Of a DNA stretch of 44,879 nt, positions 1 through 12,898 are shown piece after piece; position 1 is the first letter of the stretch, and every line of letters begins with the position of its first letter. The stretch comes from Jimgerdemannia flammicorona (taxonomy: Eukaryota): positions 1 to 44,879 of the forward strand of contig RBNJ01000065.1 in the NCBI GenBank assembly GCA_003990765.1, given 5' to 3'. A program made the position numbers and the translations under genes. The notes under the pieces were generated by a model. The model was not told the DNA's origin, ran no database searches, and saw only the letters and a list, made by a program, of their open reading frames with translations.

Positions 1-227
1 TGGGTCCCAAGGCACCTCCTCTTTATTTCTCTGCTAGCATATTCCAATGTAGTACACTCCATCTGCCACCCCCCACCAGAAGCCTTTGTATCTCATATGC
101 CCAGTGTTCTGAAGCCCAATCAAGGACAGAAGATCTTCTGTAGAGCCTCTCAGTGAGGACCTCATCTCCCAGACCTTCTGCAATAGGGAGACTCAGCCCC
201 CCTCTCACAACTCCACTGCTCTCTTTA
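1..227 (-). mobile_element. LINE-A, 3' fragment of ORF2 (runs off the left edge of the window)
   Basis: With the 228-2314 insertion removed, the minus-strand frame reads ...GGLGLVDFSKRLYCLRAWWLK|RAVEL..., paralleling LINE-B GGLGLVDFRRHLKVLRGWWSYRMAEL. Confidence 0.7.
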
Positions 228-888
228 TGTAAGAGGGTTACTGGTTAGAGTAATCATTATGTAGTTCTGGAAGAGGTTTCTGGAAGTTCTGGATATTCTA
301 GAAGACCATTTTCTTAAGGTCAAGATTAATTTCATATAGAGTATATCCGCTATGCTTATTGATTTCAAGATTGGGTTGATATCTCAACCAAAGTCCTTTT
401 TCAGACTAGTTCTGGATGTTCAGGATTTTTCATATTTCAGAAAGTTCAAGAAACTAAGGCCAGCTTAGTTGAATTGGTGTATTGCTGCAGACAATACCCA
501 ATTAGGAAATTTCATGATAGGATTAGGAGTGGGACCTAACAGGAAGTAGATTTACTTAAGAGTAGTTTGTAGGTTATTAAATAGGGATATTACTATACTA
601 GAAGTAGTTGTGTGAAGGGATATTGTGGGAAAGTGCTCAAGAGTTGTATTCAGATTATTCAAGTCTGAGATTCTGAGGTCTGGGAGAGAGAGTATTTATA
701 CTAGTGAGGGGCTATCTGGACTATACAAATATAGATGTAGCACTTAGTGCCTTGCTGAGTTAGAATGTAGTTATATAGTACAAGTATGATCTGACATGTC
801 AAGAGATTGTCTGACTGCTGAGTCAGTTCACAGTTATATTATATAAGGCTAATCTAACTATACTATGACTGCTAAGCTATCTATAGAT

Positions 889-1986
889 TTAGATACTGTC
901 TGGATAGTCTTTGATGATATCACCATCAATAACATTATCTCTGGTGAAGTAGTTATCTAGGAAGAGTTGTTCATGGATTAACTCTTCTTGTTTGCTAAGA
1001 TAATAATATATTGGAACTTTGTCACTATCTCACAGGATAGCATCATTGATCTCATATGCTGGATAAGACATTGGTGGGTGAAGGAGGGGTGTATCATCTT
1101 CACTTTCATTGGATTCACTATCTACATACCTTCTATAAGTTATGGTACTATGAGTTGCTGGGTTATAGTAAGCTGGTGGCTGTGGTTTATGTTGCTCATA
1201 CTTGGGTGGCAGAGTTGTTGGTTCGATCTCAAGAGTTGTCTGGAGGTACAGGTTGTATTCTCCAGTCTCTTCATTATAGTTGAAGTAATCAGGAGTGAAT
1301 GCAGGTTGGTATTTATACCAGTGGTCATTGTCTCAATAAGTTTCATAAGTAGTTATGAACTGTTGTAAGTTCATTGGTAAGATTGGCAGTATGATCAGAG
1401 TTGGCAGAGATCCTTAGCTTGAGATCATGTCAGCATCAGAGGGATCATTATCTTCTACTTCATCTTCATCAAATCAGATTATATCATAGATGTCCTTCAT
1501 AGCATATCCAACTTGAGGCATTTGCAGGATATGGTTATTGGGGTGTAGGAAGGTTCTATCTGTGGTCTGAATATACTCAAGGTACTTGTGGTTGAGTTCT
1601 TATATCATATCATCTATTTGACCATAGGACAGAGTAACAACCATTTCAGTAGTAGTAACTTGGAGGCAGAAGATAATGGTACTATACTCATAGAAGAGTT
1701 CTTGATGTTTACAAGCAAAGAGTTTCTGATGTTGAGATATCTGAGTAATGTCTATATTGTAGTGGTGTTTGACCATATCTTCTAGGAGGCAGCTAATCTA
1801 GTAGTAGCTTGAGATTTGTCCAATTCAGTAGGCTTCACTAAGCATATTCAGGGCATTCCATTGGGTTTCCATGAAGTAGAGAGATACTAAGCTATGGATA
1901 TTCATGAGGGGCAGAGGGGGTGTAGCTCAGTTGACAATGGCATTCCAAATGTCAGCATGGATATGGTTGTAGATCTCAGTGGTCAT
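889..1986 (-). pseudogene. LTR-internal accessory ORF of family X, copy 1 (366 codons, several transition-derived stops)
   Basis: ATG at 1986 to TAA at 889 is 1098 nt in one frame. Homologous to 35091-36164 apart from an in-frame 24-nt indel. Confidence 0.75.
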
Positions 1987-2116
1987 GTTTGTATATATTC
2001 AGGAGTTGTAGTTATATATTTGGTTTATTTTGATTCTCTATTTCAATGTATCTCAGTACTTGGTATATATGTATTTGGTCCTAATTGGTAAGATCCCATT
2101 TATATAAATCTTGTAT

Positions 2117-2297
2117 TCTGTGACTTAATATTGACTCAGCTTTATGTACTGTGACTTTGGTTTGACTCAGCTTTATGATCTTACAGGTGATTTCCAGATT
2201 TGTTCAGAGGTCACATGTGATTTCAGTAGCTTGTTCTGAGGGTGACATATGATTTTGGTGGCTTGTTCTGAGGGTGACATGTGATTTTGGTGACTTG
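2117..2297. repeat. Short tandem repeats near the LTR end: 2 x ~31 bp (TGTGACT..TTGACTCAGCTTT) and 3 x ~32 bp (GTTC.GAGG..ACATGTGATTT)
   Basis: Directly visible. Copy 2 (about 36285-36435) has only two of the 32-bp units. Confidence 0.75.
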
Positions 2298-2314
2298 GAG
2301 ATTATGTGCTTACA

Positions 2315-2415
2315 CTTTAACCACCATGCTCTCAAGCAGTATAGCCTCTTTGAGAAGTCAACTAGCCCAAGGCCTCCTCTCACCACCAGTAAGGACAAGA
2401 CTTTCCAGCTGATCT
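2315..2415 (-). mobile_element. LINE-A ORF2 fragment between the solo LTR and LINE-B
   Basis: Encodes ISWKVLSLLVVRGGLGLVDFSKRLYCLRAWWL, the conserved post-RT GGLG motif of L1/Tx1 ORF2. Confidence 0.8.
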
Positions 2416-2564
2416 TTTTTTTTTTTTTTTTTTTTTTATAGTCACTTGAACTTCCTTTATTCCACTAGTCTATAGAATTATACTATCCACATATCCCATT
2501 GATTATCTTAGAACAACAATGAACCCAACCCTCGACTATGAAATCATAATACAAGGAAGAGCTC

Positions 2565-5500
2565 ATCAGCCTATATCTTCTTTCCACCTCACCCCCTTCT
2601 CACTAAGTATGAGGTGCTCCTGACTTCTCTGGATAATGTCTAACACCTTCTTCATGGCCCCCAACTGGTGCCTCTTCCCCTGATATCACTACCCTTGCAC
2701 CACTTCCAAAAGTAACCCCTTCCACCACTCTACCAATTCTCCAATTCCCATCCAAGGATCTCTCTCAAACACCCATCACTAGTGCACTGCCATCAGCACC
2801 CAGATGCCGATGATCTGACCCAGGTCTCCCCAGACATCCCCAATATCTCCCACCAGTCAACACCTAATTACCTGGCAAGTGGGGCCCCCTGTCTGTGCAC
2901 TCTCTTCCCCCCAATAACCTTCTAATGTCAACCAAAATCCTTCAACCCCTGGACAGGCTGCCAGAACATGCTCCAGCATCTGCACCACTCCCCCATCCAG
3001 CTCACAGCACCACTCACATTCCTTTATACTGTCATCCACCATCCACCCCATCCTATACCCCAACATGACATTCCTCTGTAAAAATTGCCACCATACTACC
3101 CAGAGCTTAGATGGGGCAATCTTAAGTAGTGAGGTCCCCCAGCCCCAAACCTGACCCCACTCCCACTCTTCTCCAAACCCCACCTTCTGCCAACCAACTG
3201 GCCACCTCTCAAGCGGATCTGTCTGGATCCACTCCATCGCCCTAGTTAGAGAGTATTCAACCAATGGGTGGCTGCCAATATGTATTATACCAAATTTCCA
3301 CCATTACTATTCTGGGTCCTCCTCTTCTTCACCAGGCTCTGGGCCCATAAGTCCCATTACTAGCCAAGCCTCCACAATACCCCACCAGAATCCCCAATAG
3401 CGCAACCTGCCAACTCTTCCAACCTGAAGCAGACCTCACATATCTTTCTGAACCTCACTCTAGGGGCAGAACCTAACTTCCCAGTTATCCATAGCCAGTT
3501 TGCTCCAACCCTCCCCTCCTAATTCTGCCATTCGATAACTCCACCAGCCCCGAAGTACCTTCAGATGTCTTCTAAAGTCCACCAGCCCCAGACCTCCATC
3601 TGCCCTCAGCATCACCATTATCTCCCAACTAATCTGTGGTCTCCTTCCCTGCCATAGCCATCCTTCGACCACCTTCTTCAGTTTCTGTACTACTTATCCT
3701 GGAAAGTCCAGGTAGTACCCCAAGTACCACAGCTTCAGTAACCAATATACATTCAAGACTACAATCCTCCCAACCAAAGAGAAGCCCCTCCCAGACTAGC
3801 CCACCAAGGTATTCTCCCACTTCTGTACCAATCTACACCACCACTCTTTTGGCAGCACCATCCCATATACCAAGAACCAAATGCCCAAATATCAAACTAT
3901 CTCCCCAGGACCAACTAATTGTCCAAAGTGTCCATACTCCCCTAAGCCAGCTCCAAGCTCCATGGTCTCACACTTGCCCCAGTTCAGCTTTGCCCCTGCC
4001 AACATCTCATACTGTCCTACCCCTTCCTGCAGGCTTGCCACGTCTTCCACACTGCCTAACCCTACCACCATATCATCTGCAAAGGCCCCCAGCTTCCAGA
4101 CCACCTCTCCCATCTTCAACTCAGTAAGCCTCCTCTTCAGCCATGCCAACAAGGGCTCCAAAGATAAAATATAAAGCAGGGGCGAAAGGGGATCTCTCTG
4201 TGGCACACCTTGCCCTAAGAAAAACTCTGGGCCACTCCACCCATTCATCAACACTGCTGCCTGGCAACCTCGCACCAGACCCATCAGTTTTTAAGCCTCC
4301 CCCATGCCAAATCTGACCTTCCATAGAATCACCTCCAAGTAGTTCCACTGCACCCTATTGTATGCCTTTTCCTGGTCCAAGAACACCATTCTTCCATCCA
4401 CCTGCCGGCTTCTACAACCCTCCAAGACATTTTGCACCCAGGCTGTGCTATCTTGAATCTGTCTCCTCTTCACAAACCCTTGCTGTTCATCACCCACCAA
4501 TTGGCCAATCCATTGTTGCATTCTCCCTGCCAGTATCTTGGAAACCAACTTCCTATCCACATTCAGTAACATGATGGGCCTCCAGTTCCGCCACACACAT
4601 CTGTCCCCTTTCTCCTTATAGAGCAGAGAGACTAGCCCTAAGGAGCCATTGCCAATCCAGCAGCCTTCCCTCAGCATAAAGTTTGCCATTTTCACGAGTC
4701 ATACTCCAAACTCCATTTGAAACTCCTTCCAGAACTTCCAAGGCAGTCCATCCTCCCCTGGTGATGAACTAGCCTGCACTTTCCTCAGAACCTCCAACAC
4801 CTCTTCAAGGGTCACCCTACCTATTACCACCCTACCAATTGTAGGCTCTGCCCCACTGGCCAGCTGCCAACCAAATTGTTATTAGCCTCTAGTGCTGTCT
4901 CTCCCTCCACCCACCCTCCATCATCCTGCCATAGGGTGCACCATTGACTAGAGATCTCCCCAAGCATATCAGTGATATCAGTCACCTCAGTTCTATTCTC
5001 TCACAACACTGAAGCCCAGCTGTGCCACACCCTTCTGGCCCTCAGTATTCTGGACAAGTATTTGGTGGGTCACTCGCCTTCTTCCAACCGCTTTGCTCAC
5101 AATCTTGCCAGCAACCCATCCACTACCCTATCTTCTGCTACCTTCAAATCCAACTGCAACTCAGCCACCTCCTTGATCAACAGGGAGTGTCGTACCCCTG
5201 AGGAGTTCTCTCCTTCCAGAAGTCTCAGCTGCCAGTAAAGCCCCTGCTCCACTCTCCTTTCTCTATCCTTCTGCTCCCTCCCAGCTACCTCTCCTACATC
5301 ATGCCAATATGCACCTGCCAGATGTTTAAATTTCCCCCACCACTGTGCTATTGACTGGCCACTGTTCTTCCACCATACCACTTCCCTTCTTGCAATTTCA
5401 ACAAACTGGTCCCGCTCCACCTGTCTCTTGAGTAGTACCACATTAAGTCTCCATCTGCCTCCACCACTACTGGCTGCCTAGAATTTCCCACACACCTCCA

Positions 5501-6200
5501 CACCCCAGTGATCTGACCAGGGACACTACTGTACCTCTGTCGAATCCAAAACATTGCCCCAGTGTTCTGCTACCAGAATCTAGTTAATCCTCATGCCAAC
5601 CAAATCCTCACTGACTGGATACCACCTAGTGAATGGCCCTGACTTCTCACCTTGATGTTATCATACTCCATTAACCAATCTCATTTTCTTCTCAACTTGA
5701 AGCCATTGCAAGAGCCCTGTAGAAACTGCCACCCCAACTCCACCATCAGACCTATCTAGTGTCCTGTCATGCACCATATTGAAGTCCTCTCCCAGAACAT
5801 CCAGCCCAATCTCATCTTGGCCTCCCCAATCTAGCTAACCTTCCACCCATTGGTTTTGCTCTCTGCCAACTGCCAGCAGATACACAGAGCCAACCACCAG
5901 TCCATCACCAGCTCCTCCTTTCAATCTCCCCCAGACCAATCAATCACCATATATCTCAACCTCCTTCAGCTCTCCTCTCCCCAAGCCAACCAAGATGCCC
6001 ACCTACTCATTCCACTCTATACTACCATACCATTCCTTGCCCCACTCCTCATAATATTGCTCCCCATAGGCCTGAATGTCCTGCAGAAATACTATATCAT
6101 ACCTCCTGATCTTTAGCCACTGAAACAAATGCCTTTGCTTCACTCCATCATGCAAACCATTGACATTTAGTGATAATATATGTAGACTGTTCGTCATCAT
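2565..6200 (-). pseudogene. LINE-B ORF2: APE endonuclease, reverse transcriptase, C-terminal Cys/His finger
   Basis: SLNVNGL..DIVFLQD (APE); NWRPIMLLNVDRKLVSKIL, QQGFVKRR, LDQEKAYNRV, GVPQRDPLSPLLY, AFADD (RT); CEWC..HVLAAC. Contains stops and frameshifts; 3' end approximate. Confidence 0.9.
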
Positions 6201-6212
6201 GGATATAAATGT

Positions 6213-8057
6213 TTAAAGCTCAGCTGGAGTCATCACCACCTTTTCAGCCCTACCGCAGATTATTGTCTTCCATTCCTTGCAGATAGCCCTCCAGATATAG
6301 GCTCCATTCCCACCACTGCAGAAGGCATCCACTTGCTCTGATGCCATCTTCCTGATATCAGCCATACAGTCCTCATCTATCTCATATCCTTCATCATCCA
6401 GAAGCACTGCCACCATCACTGTCACCAACTTTGGCCCCTGCAATGCCATATTGAGGAACCCTTCCCAGGTCTCCTGCGATTCATTGAATACATCCACTTC
6501 CTTGATATCCTCCTCTGCAAGTTCCTTGAACACTGCCTGATACCAGTCATCCACTGTCATCACCATGGGCCCAGGAGTGGCTGGTCTCAGGGTCCTACTC
6601 AGCTCCTATAGCATCTCTCTATCCACTGACATATTGGATGCCACATCCACCAGGTTATCCTTCTCAGTGCCTTTCTCCAGCCGAACCACTTTGCCTGCTT
6701 CTGGACATTCCCAATGAACATTTGCCACTCCCACCATGCAAACATCCTCCAACTGGGTCTCTGGTACTATCTCAATAACCTCCTCAAAGCCCCCAGTAGC
6801 TGCCTCCTCCTTATCAGCCCACTTCCCCTTTACCGGTGCATGAGTGGAGTTCTCCACACCCCCTAGTTGCATAAAGGATACCTCAGCTGTCTCTACCTCT
6901 TCTATCTGATTTTTGGCCACCTCTGCTCTTTCCTTTTCCTCCTTTTCTGAGCCCTAGAGGACTATCTGCAGACATTCCCAGTTTGCTCTTTGCCACCTCT
7001 TCCTCCTTCCATCTGTCGGGATCCAGATCCAGTCTTTGGCAAACTCCTCCCATCTCCACTTCCGCAGTTCCTTCGCAGCCTCTCTCTCCTCTAGAGTGAC
7101 TAGTAATTCCTCCTCCTCCTGCTCAGAACCCTTCCTTCTCTATACTTTGCACTCCTGCCCTCTGATATGAATTACTTCTAGCCAATCCCTCTCTTGCCCT
7201 GTGGCCTCCTTGCCTTCCAGCCTCACCATCATCTCGCAATTGCCATTCCTCAGCTTAGTCTCCTCCCAGAACATGAATCCAAAATCAACCATCTCGCCAA
7301 ATGCCCCCAGTGCCTCTACCACTATTCCTTTGGTCTCTTGTCTCCCTAATGTTGGCAGCCCTTCAATCACTAGTCGTACTGCCCACAGGTCCCATCTCAG
7401 GCACCTCGCTATGCCAACCTTGATGCTCTTGATGATCAGCCCTTTCTCCAAGGCCTTCACCATCTCCTCCTCCTTGACAAATCCTATCTCAACCATCTCA
7501 GCCAATGGGATGAACTTCAATAACTCTGCCCCTGCAATCTCCTCTCCCACTAGCCACAAGACCTCCCTAGCAGACATCCCCAGTCCCAGAAAATTCGCTG
7601 AAATGGCCCACGTTGACACTGACTTGTGGAAGAAGAGATGCACCACCAGTTCACCAGAACCTGCTACCATCGTCACCTTCTTCCTGTTCTCTGATACTCC
7701 AGCAGTCACCCCAGCCACCAGCCCAGCCCCAGGAATACCAGTCCCAGCCACACCACTTCTGGACCCCTGGCCCCTAGCAGACACCTGACCTGTCACCTGA
7801 CCAGTCACCTGGCCAGTCACCTGACTCCCACCCCTGTCAACACTATGTCCCCCCTGCCCTACCCCCATGGGCCTAGTAGCCACCCTCCTGCCCCCCATCA
7901 CTGTATACCAACTCTCAATACCAGCCTGTCTCCCCTGACCACTCACTCCTCTTGCCCCTATATCAGCTCCAACTATTGCCATATAACTCTTAGGGAGACC
8001 CAGACCAGGCCTCCTTCTCTCCAAATACTCAAAGCTTGATGAACCCTGGGTTGCCAT
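6213..8057 (-). pseudogene. LINE-B ORF1 (RRM-like core, acidic C-terminal half)
   Basis: The track ORFs 7140-8057, 6606-6920 and 6213-6566 share one frame directly upstream of ORF2; VRLVIEGLP..FGEMVDF..RNGN resembles the L1/Tx1 ORF1 RRM; includes a VTGQ x3 repeat. Confidence 0.75.
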
Positions 8058-8230
8058 CCAACAAAAACTCTACCAAAACAGATGAGACTTGTTGTATACT
8101 GTAGCTAGACTCCTGCTGCACCTTGTACATCAGAATAGATGATGAGAAAACTTGAAAACATGTTGCTTGTCACAAAAAGATATCCGTGTGGCTTAGCTTG
8201 CTCTGAATGGTTCGAGCAAAAGAACACCTG

Positions 8231-10790
8231 CTTCCCAGCTGATCTAACTCCTTCTTCCAGCCCAGATCTACCCCTTGGCCAATTTCAACAGTCTCTTCAC
8301 TACTCAGGCAGAGAAGTCCAAGTGATAGGCCAAATATCACAGCTTTGGTAACCAGTAGATATTCAGAACTGAGACATATCCTGCTAGAGACAAGTGGTGA
8401 TCTCTTCAATTCTGCAAGGCCTTTCCCCAGATTGCAACTTATTGCTCTCACCAAGGTCTCAGTAGGACTGACCTATATATGGACAAATAGATATCCAAAT
8501 ACTACACTGCCTCTCTAGTAGGGACAATTGTTCCAATGACATCTCCTTCCACCAGACCATTACCTAACACCATTGTTTTACACTTGTGCCAATTGAGTTT
8601 AGCCCCAGAGTATATCTCAGACCACTCCACTATCTCCTTGAGCTCCTCAATATCAGTAACTGATCCCAGGCTGACCACCATGTCATCTGCAAAGGCATCA
8701 ACTTTCTACCCAATTCCAAAAACTGAGAGCCTAACTATCTTCTGTCAAATTCTATCCATTAGAGGCTCCAGAGATAGAGCATACAGAATGGAGGACAGTG
8801 GGTCCCCCTAGAGCACACTCTTATCTAGGGGAAAAGCCACCCCTCTATCCCCATTATACATATATGAGTACCATCTGACTTCCTTCCAGTAGGCTGACCA
8901 TCACTGACCAGAACTGGTGAGATACACCAATTCTATTCAATACCTTTGCCAACCAGACTTATCTCACCCAGTCATATGCCTTCTCTTGATCCAGAAAGAC
9001 CAGCTGCCCATCTAGTCTACAAGCTCATCCCTTCAATAACTCCCTGTACCCAAGCTATACTATCCCTAATGAGCTGGTCTCCTACAAAGCCCCTCTGTTT
9101 GACCTCCAAGACGTGCTGGGCCATCTTCTGCAGTCTTGTGACCATTACCTTAGTAACCAGCTTTCTATCCATATCCAGTAGCATGATTAGCTACCAGTTT
9201 TTTCAGTCCTCTCTCCTTCTCTTATTTTTATAAAACAGTATCATCAGCTCCAGATCCTGCTCCCCCACCCATCTCCCTGACTGTAGTACTAAATCACATA
9301 GTGCCATCAGCTCTCCCAGCACTCCAGAGACTCCCACCATCTTCCTCCAGAAGTCCCAGAGCAGACCATCCTCCCCAGGTGCTGTGTCTAGCATAGTTAT
9401 GGCAAGAACCTGGCAGATCTCCTCCTCTTGGACTGGCAATACCAATCCACTCAGTCCTTCTGCCTATAGGAGATGCCAATCCTTCAATGGCAGCTGCATC
9501 AGCCCTACTCTCCTCCCCACTCCATAAACCACTCCACTGCTTCTTTAATGATCCAAGAATGTCTTGTACACTATACACTAACAAACCATCAGTATCAAGT
9601 ACCCCCTCCTACCTCTGCTTCTCTCTCCTCACCTAAAGGATCCTTATGAGAAACTTAAAAGGTCTTTTTCCTTCCTCCAAGCCCTACCAATGTAGCTGTG
9701 TCACCAAACTCTGTACCTATACCTCCTCCTCTTCCTGCAACACCTGTTGTAATTCCCCAACCTCTATTTTTGCCCATATTAATCTCCAATCCTCTCCCCC
9801 CTCTAGTGCCACTAGTTTTGTCCAATCTTCCAAGAGTCTAGCCAGTCTAGCAGAAGCCCATCTCACTCAATGCCTTCTCTGCTTTCCAGCCCCCTTGCCA
9901 GCCTCACTCCAGTAGATCTTAGTAGTCTCTTTCATTCTCATCTACTGGACACCAACTGGGATACCTTCTTGTCTCCAGCTCTCCACCTTTTGTTGAATAT
10001 CATCAGCCCACCTATTCCACAGCATCTTATCATTTAATAAAGAGGAATTGAGGTACCAATGTTCAGGCCCATCCCCACTCCCCCCAAAATGGCCCTGCCC
10101 TAGCAACTCCCAATGATCTGACCATGGACACCACTCTACCTCTAACAACTTCTAAACATTTAAACCCCAGCAGCTCGCTATCAGAATCCAGTCAATCCTC
10201 AATCTCAGGCCTCCTGCCCAATGTATGTATACCCTCCTACTATCCTAAAACTCCCTACCAGCATCTACTAGAGTGCTTAGCCTTTCTACTTCTTCCTATA
10301 CCACCAGCCCTCCACTCTTGCCCTCAGTACCCCATCCTTTATCAGTTCTATCCACCAGCATATCTTTGACCATATTGAAGTCCCCACCAAGTATATCCAT
10401 ACTTGCCTCCACAAGGGCCCCACTCTCCTGGAGACCCTTCACCCAATCTACATACTCTCTCCTTATAGTAGAGCAGTAGCAAGAGCCCACTATAACTGGC
10501 TCCCAACCTATTCATATCCACTCTCCCCAGACCAATCTATCTCCCCAGTTCCCCATATCTCATATCTCCCCTCTGCCTTTCCAAACCAGAATCCCAACCT
10601 TACTCTTCCAAACTACCTCACCTCTCCATTTATTCATCTATTTCAGCCTATCTAAATTATCCTCATATCTGACATTCTGCAAAAAAAAAGAGATTGGCCT
10701 CCAATCCCTTCAGCTAAGTAAAAATGTTCTTATATTGAGAAGAGCCCTGTAACCCATTCACATTCAAAAAAAAAATATTAGTTGTACTGT
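8231..10790 (-). pseudogene. LINE-A ORF2 (APE + RT), strongly decayed
   Basis: FLNVNGLQ near 10760; GGDFNMV; WSDH; APGEDGL; FLDQEKAYD; GDPLSSILYAL; FADD near 8690. Resumes in register after the LINE-B TSD. Confidence 0.85.
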
Positions 10791-12890
10791 TTATAAGGAA
10801 ATACTGTGTGTTATCAAGTTCATTCTCTACTGCTCCATGCCCATCACTTCCTGTACCATGTCCAGATTATGTTCAGCAGTCTCCTCCTTCTCTTTAGCCC
10901 TCTTAGTCTTCAATCCAGCCAATAGCTCATTCATCTCCCCATATACCTTCTCCTCAAAATCTTTATGATACTCCAAATATATCTCTTGCTAGAGCTGCAA
11001 TCTATGATGCTTAGCCCAATAGTAAGTGGCCCTCTCACCAGTAACAACTATCAGCTCCACCACTCTCTCCTTATCTACCTTATACCCTTCCTCCTCCAAG
11101 TACACCATAAGGATTTCTGCCTTCAATACCACTACCACACCATTGCCCTATATAATCTATATCTAATACTCATCTCTCATTACCCTAAGGTCCACTTCCC
11201 CCAACTCTTCAGCCACTAAGTTATTCATCATCTGGTACATCCAAAGTAAGTTTCTCACCTCCTTCCCCCCTAGAGTCACCAGCCTCTCTCCATCCAACAT
11301 TATGGTATCAGCCTTTATACTTGCAGACTCACTTACTCCTCTGGAATATCCACCAGTTCCTCCTCTCTAACTGCCACCACTTGTCTCCCTTTCACCATCT
11401 CAGGAACTCCAAATTATACTCACTAAGCCCCCCATATGGGCATATCCTCTGCCACCTTGCTTCTAGAAGCTGGACCTTGCCTAATAAGAGAAGTAGGAGT
11501 AGAGGAGTCCTCTCAGGCCTCCTTCCAGACCTCAAACATACAATCAGTATATGGGTCTTTGCCAGTCACCTCTCTGTCCTTGCCTGTCCCCTTTTCCTCA
11601 TTTCCTCTACTCTCATCAGTCTAGATACTCACTTTGGCTCCTCCTGCCTCCTCAATTCCACCTGCATCCTCCTTTGATTTATTCCCCAGATTGGCCAGTA
11701 ACTTCTTCTATCTCTTACATCTCTGGGCTCTTTTCTACTGTCTCTTGTCCACTCAAATTCACTTCCCATCCACTACCTCCAAATGTGCCAACTCTACATA
11801 TGCCTTCTAAGTCTTCATCTGCTGCTCTACTGTACTACTCATCTCTTCCAGTACTTCCAGCAAGTCCTCTTCTTCCTCCTCACTCCCCTTCACCCTTATT
11901 ACCTTATGCAAGATTATCCCCCAGACCATCACCAAAGACCAGTCTCTTGCCTTCCCAGTAGCTTTCTTCTCTGCCAATCAAATCCTGATATCAACATCTC
12001 TAGTTCAGAAAGAGGTCCCTTTCTAGACCTAAAATCTAACATCCACCACCTCTCTATACTCAGCCATAACCTCCTCGACTCTTCTCCTTATCTCTATCAC
12101 TGTTACTGTAGGCACTCTTTTTACCAGTAGTTATACTATCCTGTGGTCCTATGTCAGACAGCATGCCATCAGAACACATATCTTTCTAACAGTTAGTCTA
12201 GCCTTCAGTGTATCCTCCAAGGGCCCAGTCTCCTCAAAGCCCACCTCCACTCCCTCTAAACCTTTCAGAAACTTCACTGATACTGCTCCAGCCACCTGTT
12301 TAGCAATCAGCCCTAGCATCATTTTTGCCATCACTGCTAAGCCCCAGAAATACAAAGTAATCATAAACTCTAAGATCAACTTCTTGAGTAATGGGGCCAC
12401 TACTAGGCCTGTCATACTATCTACTAAATTCCTCTGCCATCTAAGTCCCATCCTCTCAGCTCTGCCATCAGTAGTCACATCTTGATTTTTTTCCAGATTG
12501 GCAGTTCTATTGCTATTAGCCATCATGCCCCCCCCCAGCCACTATACCCTCAGCTCCACTGCCCCCACTGCTAAGGGCTACTCCCCTATGCATTGCTGTC
12601 TTCTCTGTCTCCTTGCCCTTTCTCAGCCAGCCCTCCAGCCCAGATACCTACTGTCTCTCCTTCACTGTCTCTGCAAAACTTACTCTTCCAGACCCCTGTC
12701 CTCTACTACTGCTCTCTCCCCTTCTGTGTCCTCCTGCCAGCAGCCCTCTCATGCTCCCCCCCAGGCCAGGGCCCCTCCCCACATACTGCTAGTCAAACAC
12801 ACTCAGGCTATCCTACCCAATACACACCTCAGATTATCTGTCAGTCACTATATTACTAGTCTCTTTTCTCCAAAAATGATATTGTAAGTG
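10790..12890 (-). pseudogene. LINE-A ORF1 and 5' region
   Basis: ORF 12149-12526 (YFWGLAVMAK..VKFLKGLEGVEVGF) aligns by eye with LINE-B ORF1 (NFLGLGMSAR..LKFIPLAEMVEIGF) and with the + strand copy at 43440-44582. Boundaries approximate. Confidence 0.7.
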
Positions 12891-12898
12891 CTTTCTGG

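Larger units (their letters stand above)
228..2314 (-). mobile_element. Solo LTR of family X, copy 1 (2087 bp)
   Basis: Termini TGTAAG...CTTACA; perfect 5-bp TSD CTTTA (223-227 and 2315-2319); colinear with 34415-36452 over its whole length. Orientation inferred from the internal ORF and from TATAAATA on the minus strand at 693-700. Confidence 0.9.
2416..8230 (-). mobile_element. LINE-B, apparently full-length L1/Tx1-type non-LTR retrotransposon (~5.8 kb), decayed
   Basis: Poly(A) tail seen as T23 at 2415-2437; 15-bp TSD CTTTCCAGCTGATCT (2401-2415) / CTTCCCAGCTGATCT (8231-8245); ORF1 plus APE-RT-zinc finger ORF2. Confidence 0.92.

Noticed and set aside
2099-2108. TATA box dedicated to the LTR-internal ORF
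   Set aside because: TTTATATAAA in copy 1 is TTTATGTAAA in copy 2, so it may be a decay product.
988-12887. Plus-strand ORFs such as 988-1368, 3636-4127, 7201-7788 and 11551-11961 as genes
   Set aside because: They are antisense shadows of minus-strand element ORFs with no recognisable motifs; the same applies to most short ORFs opposite the Gypsy genes.
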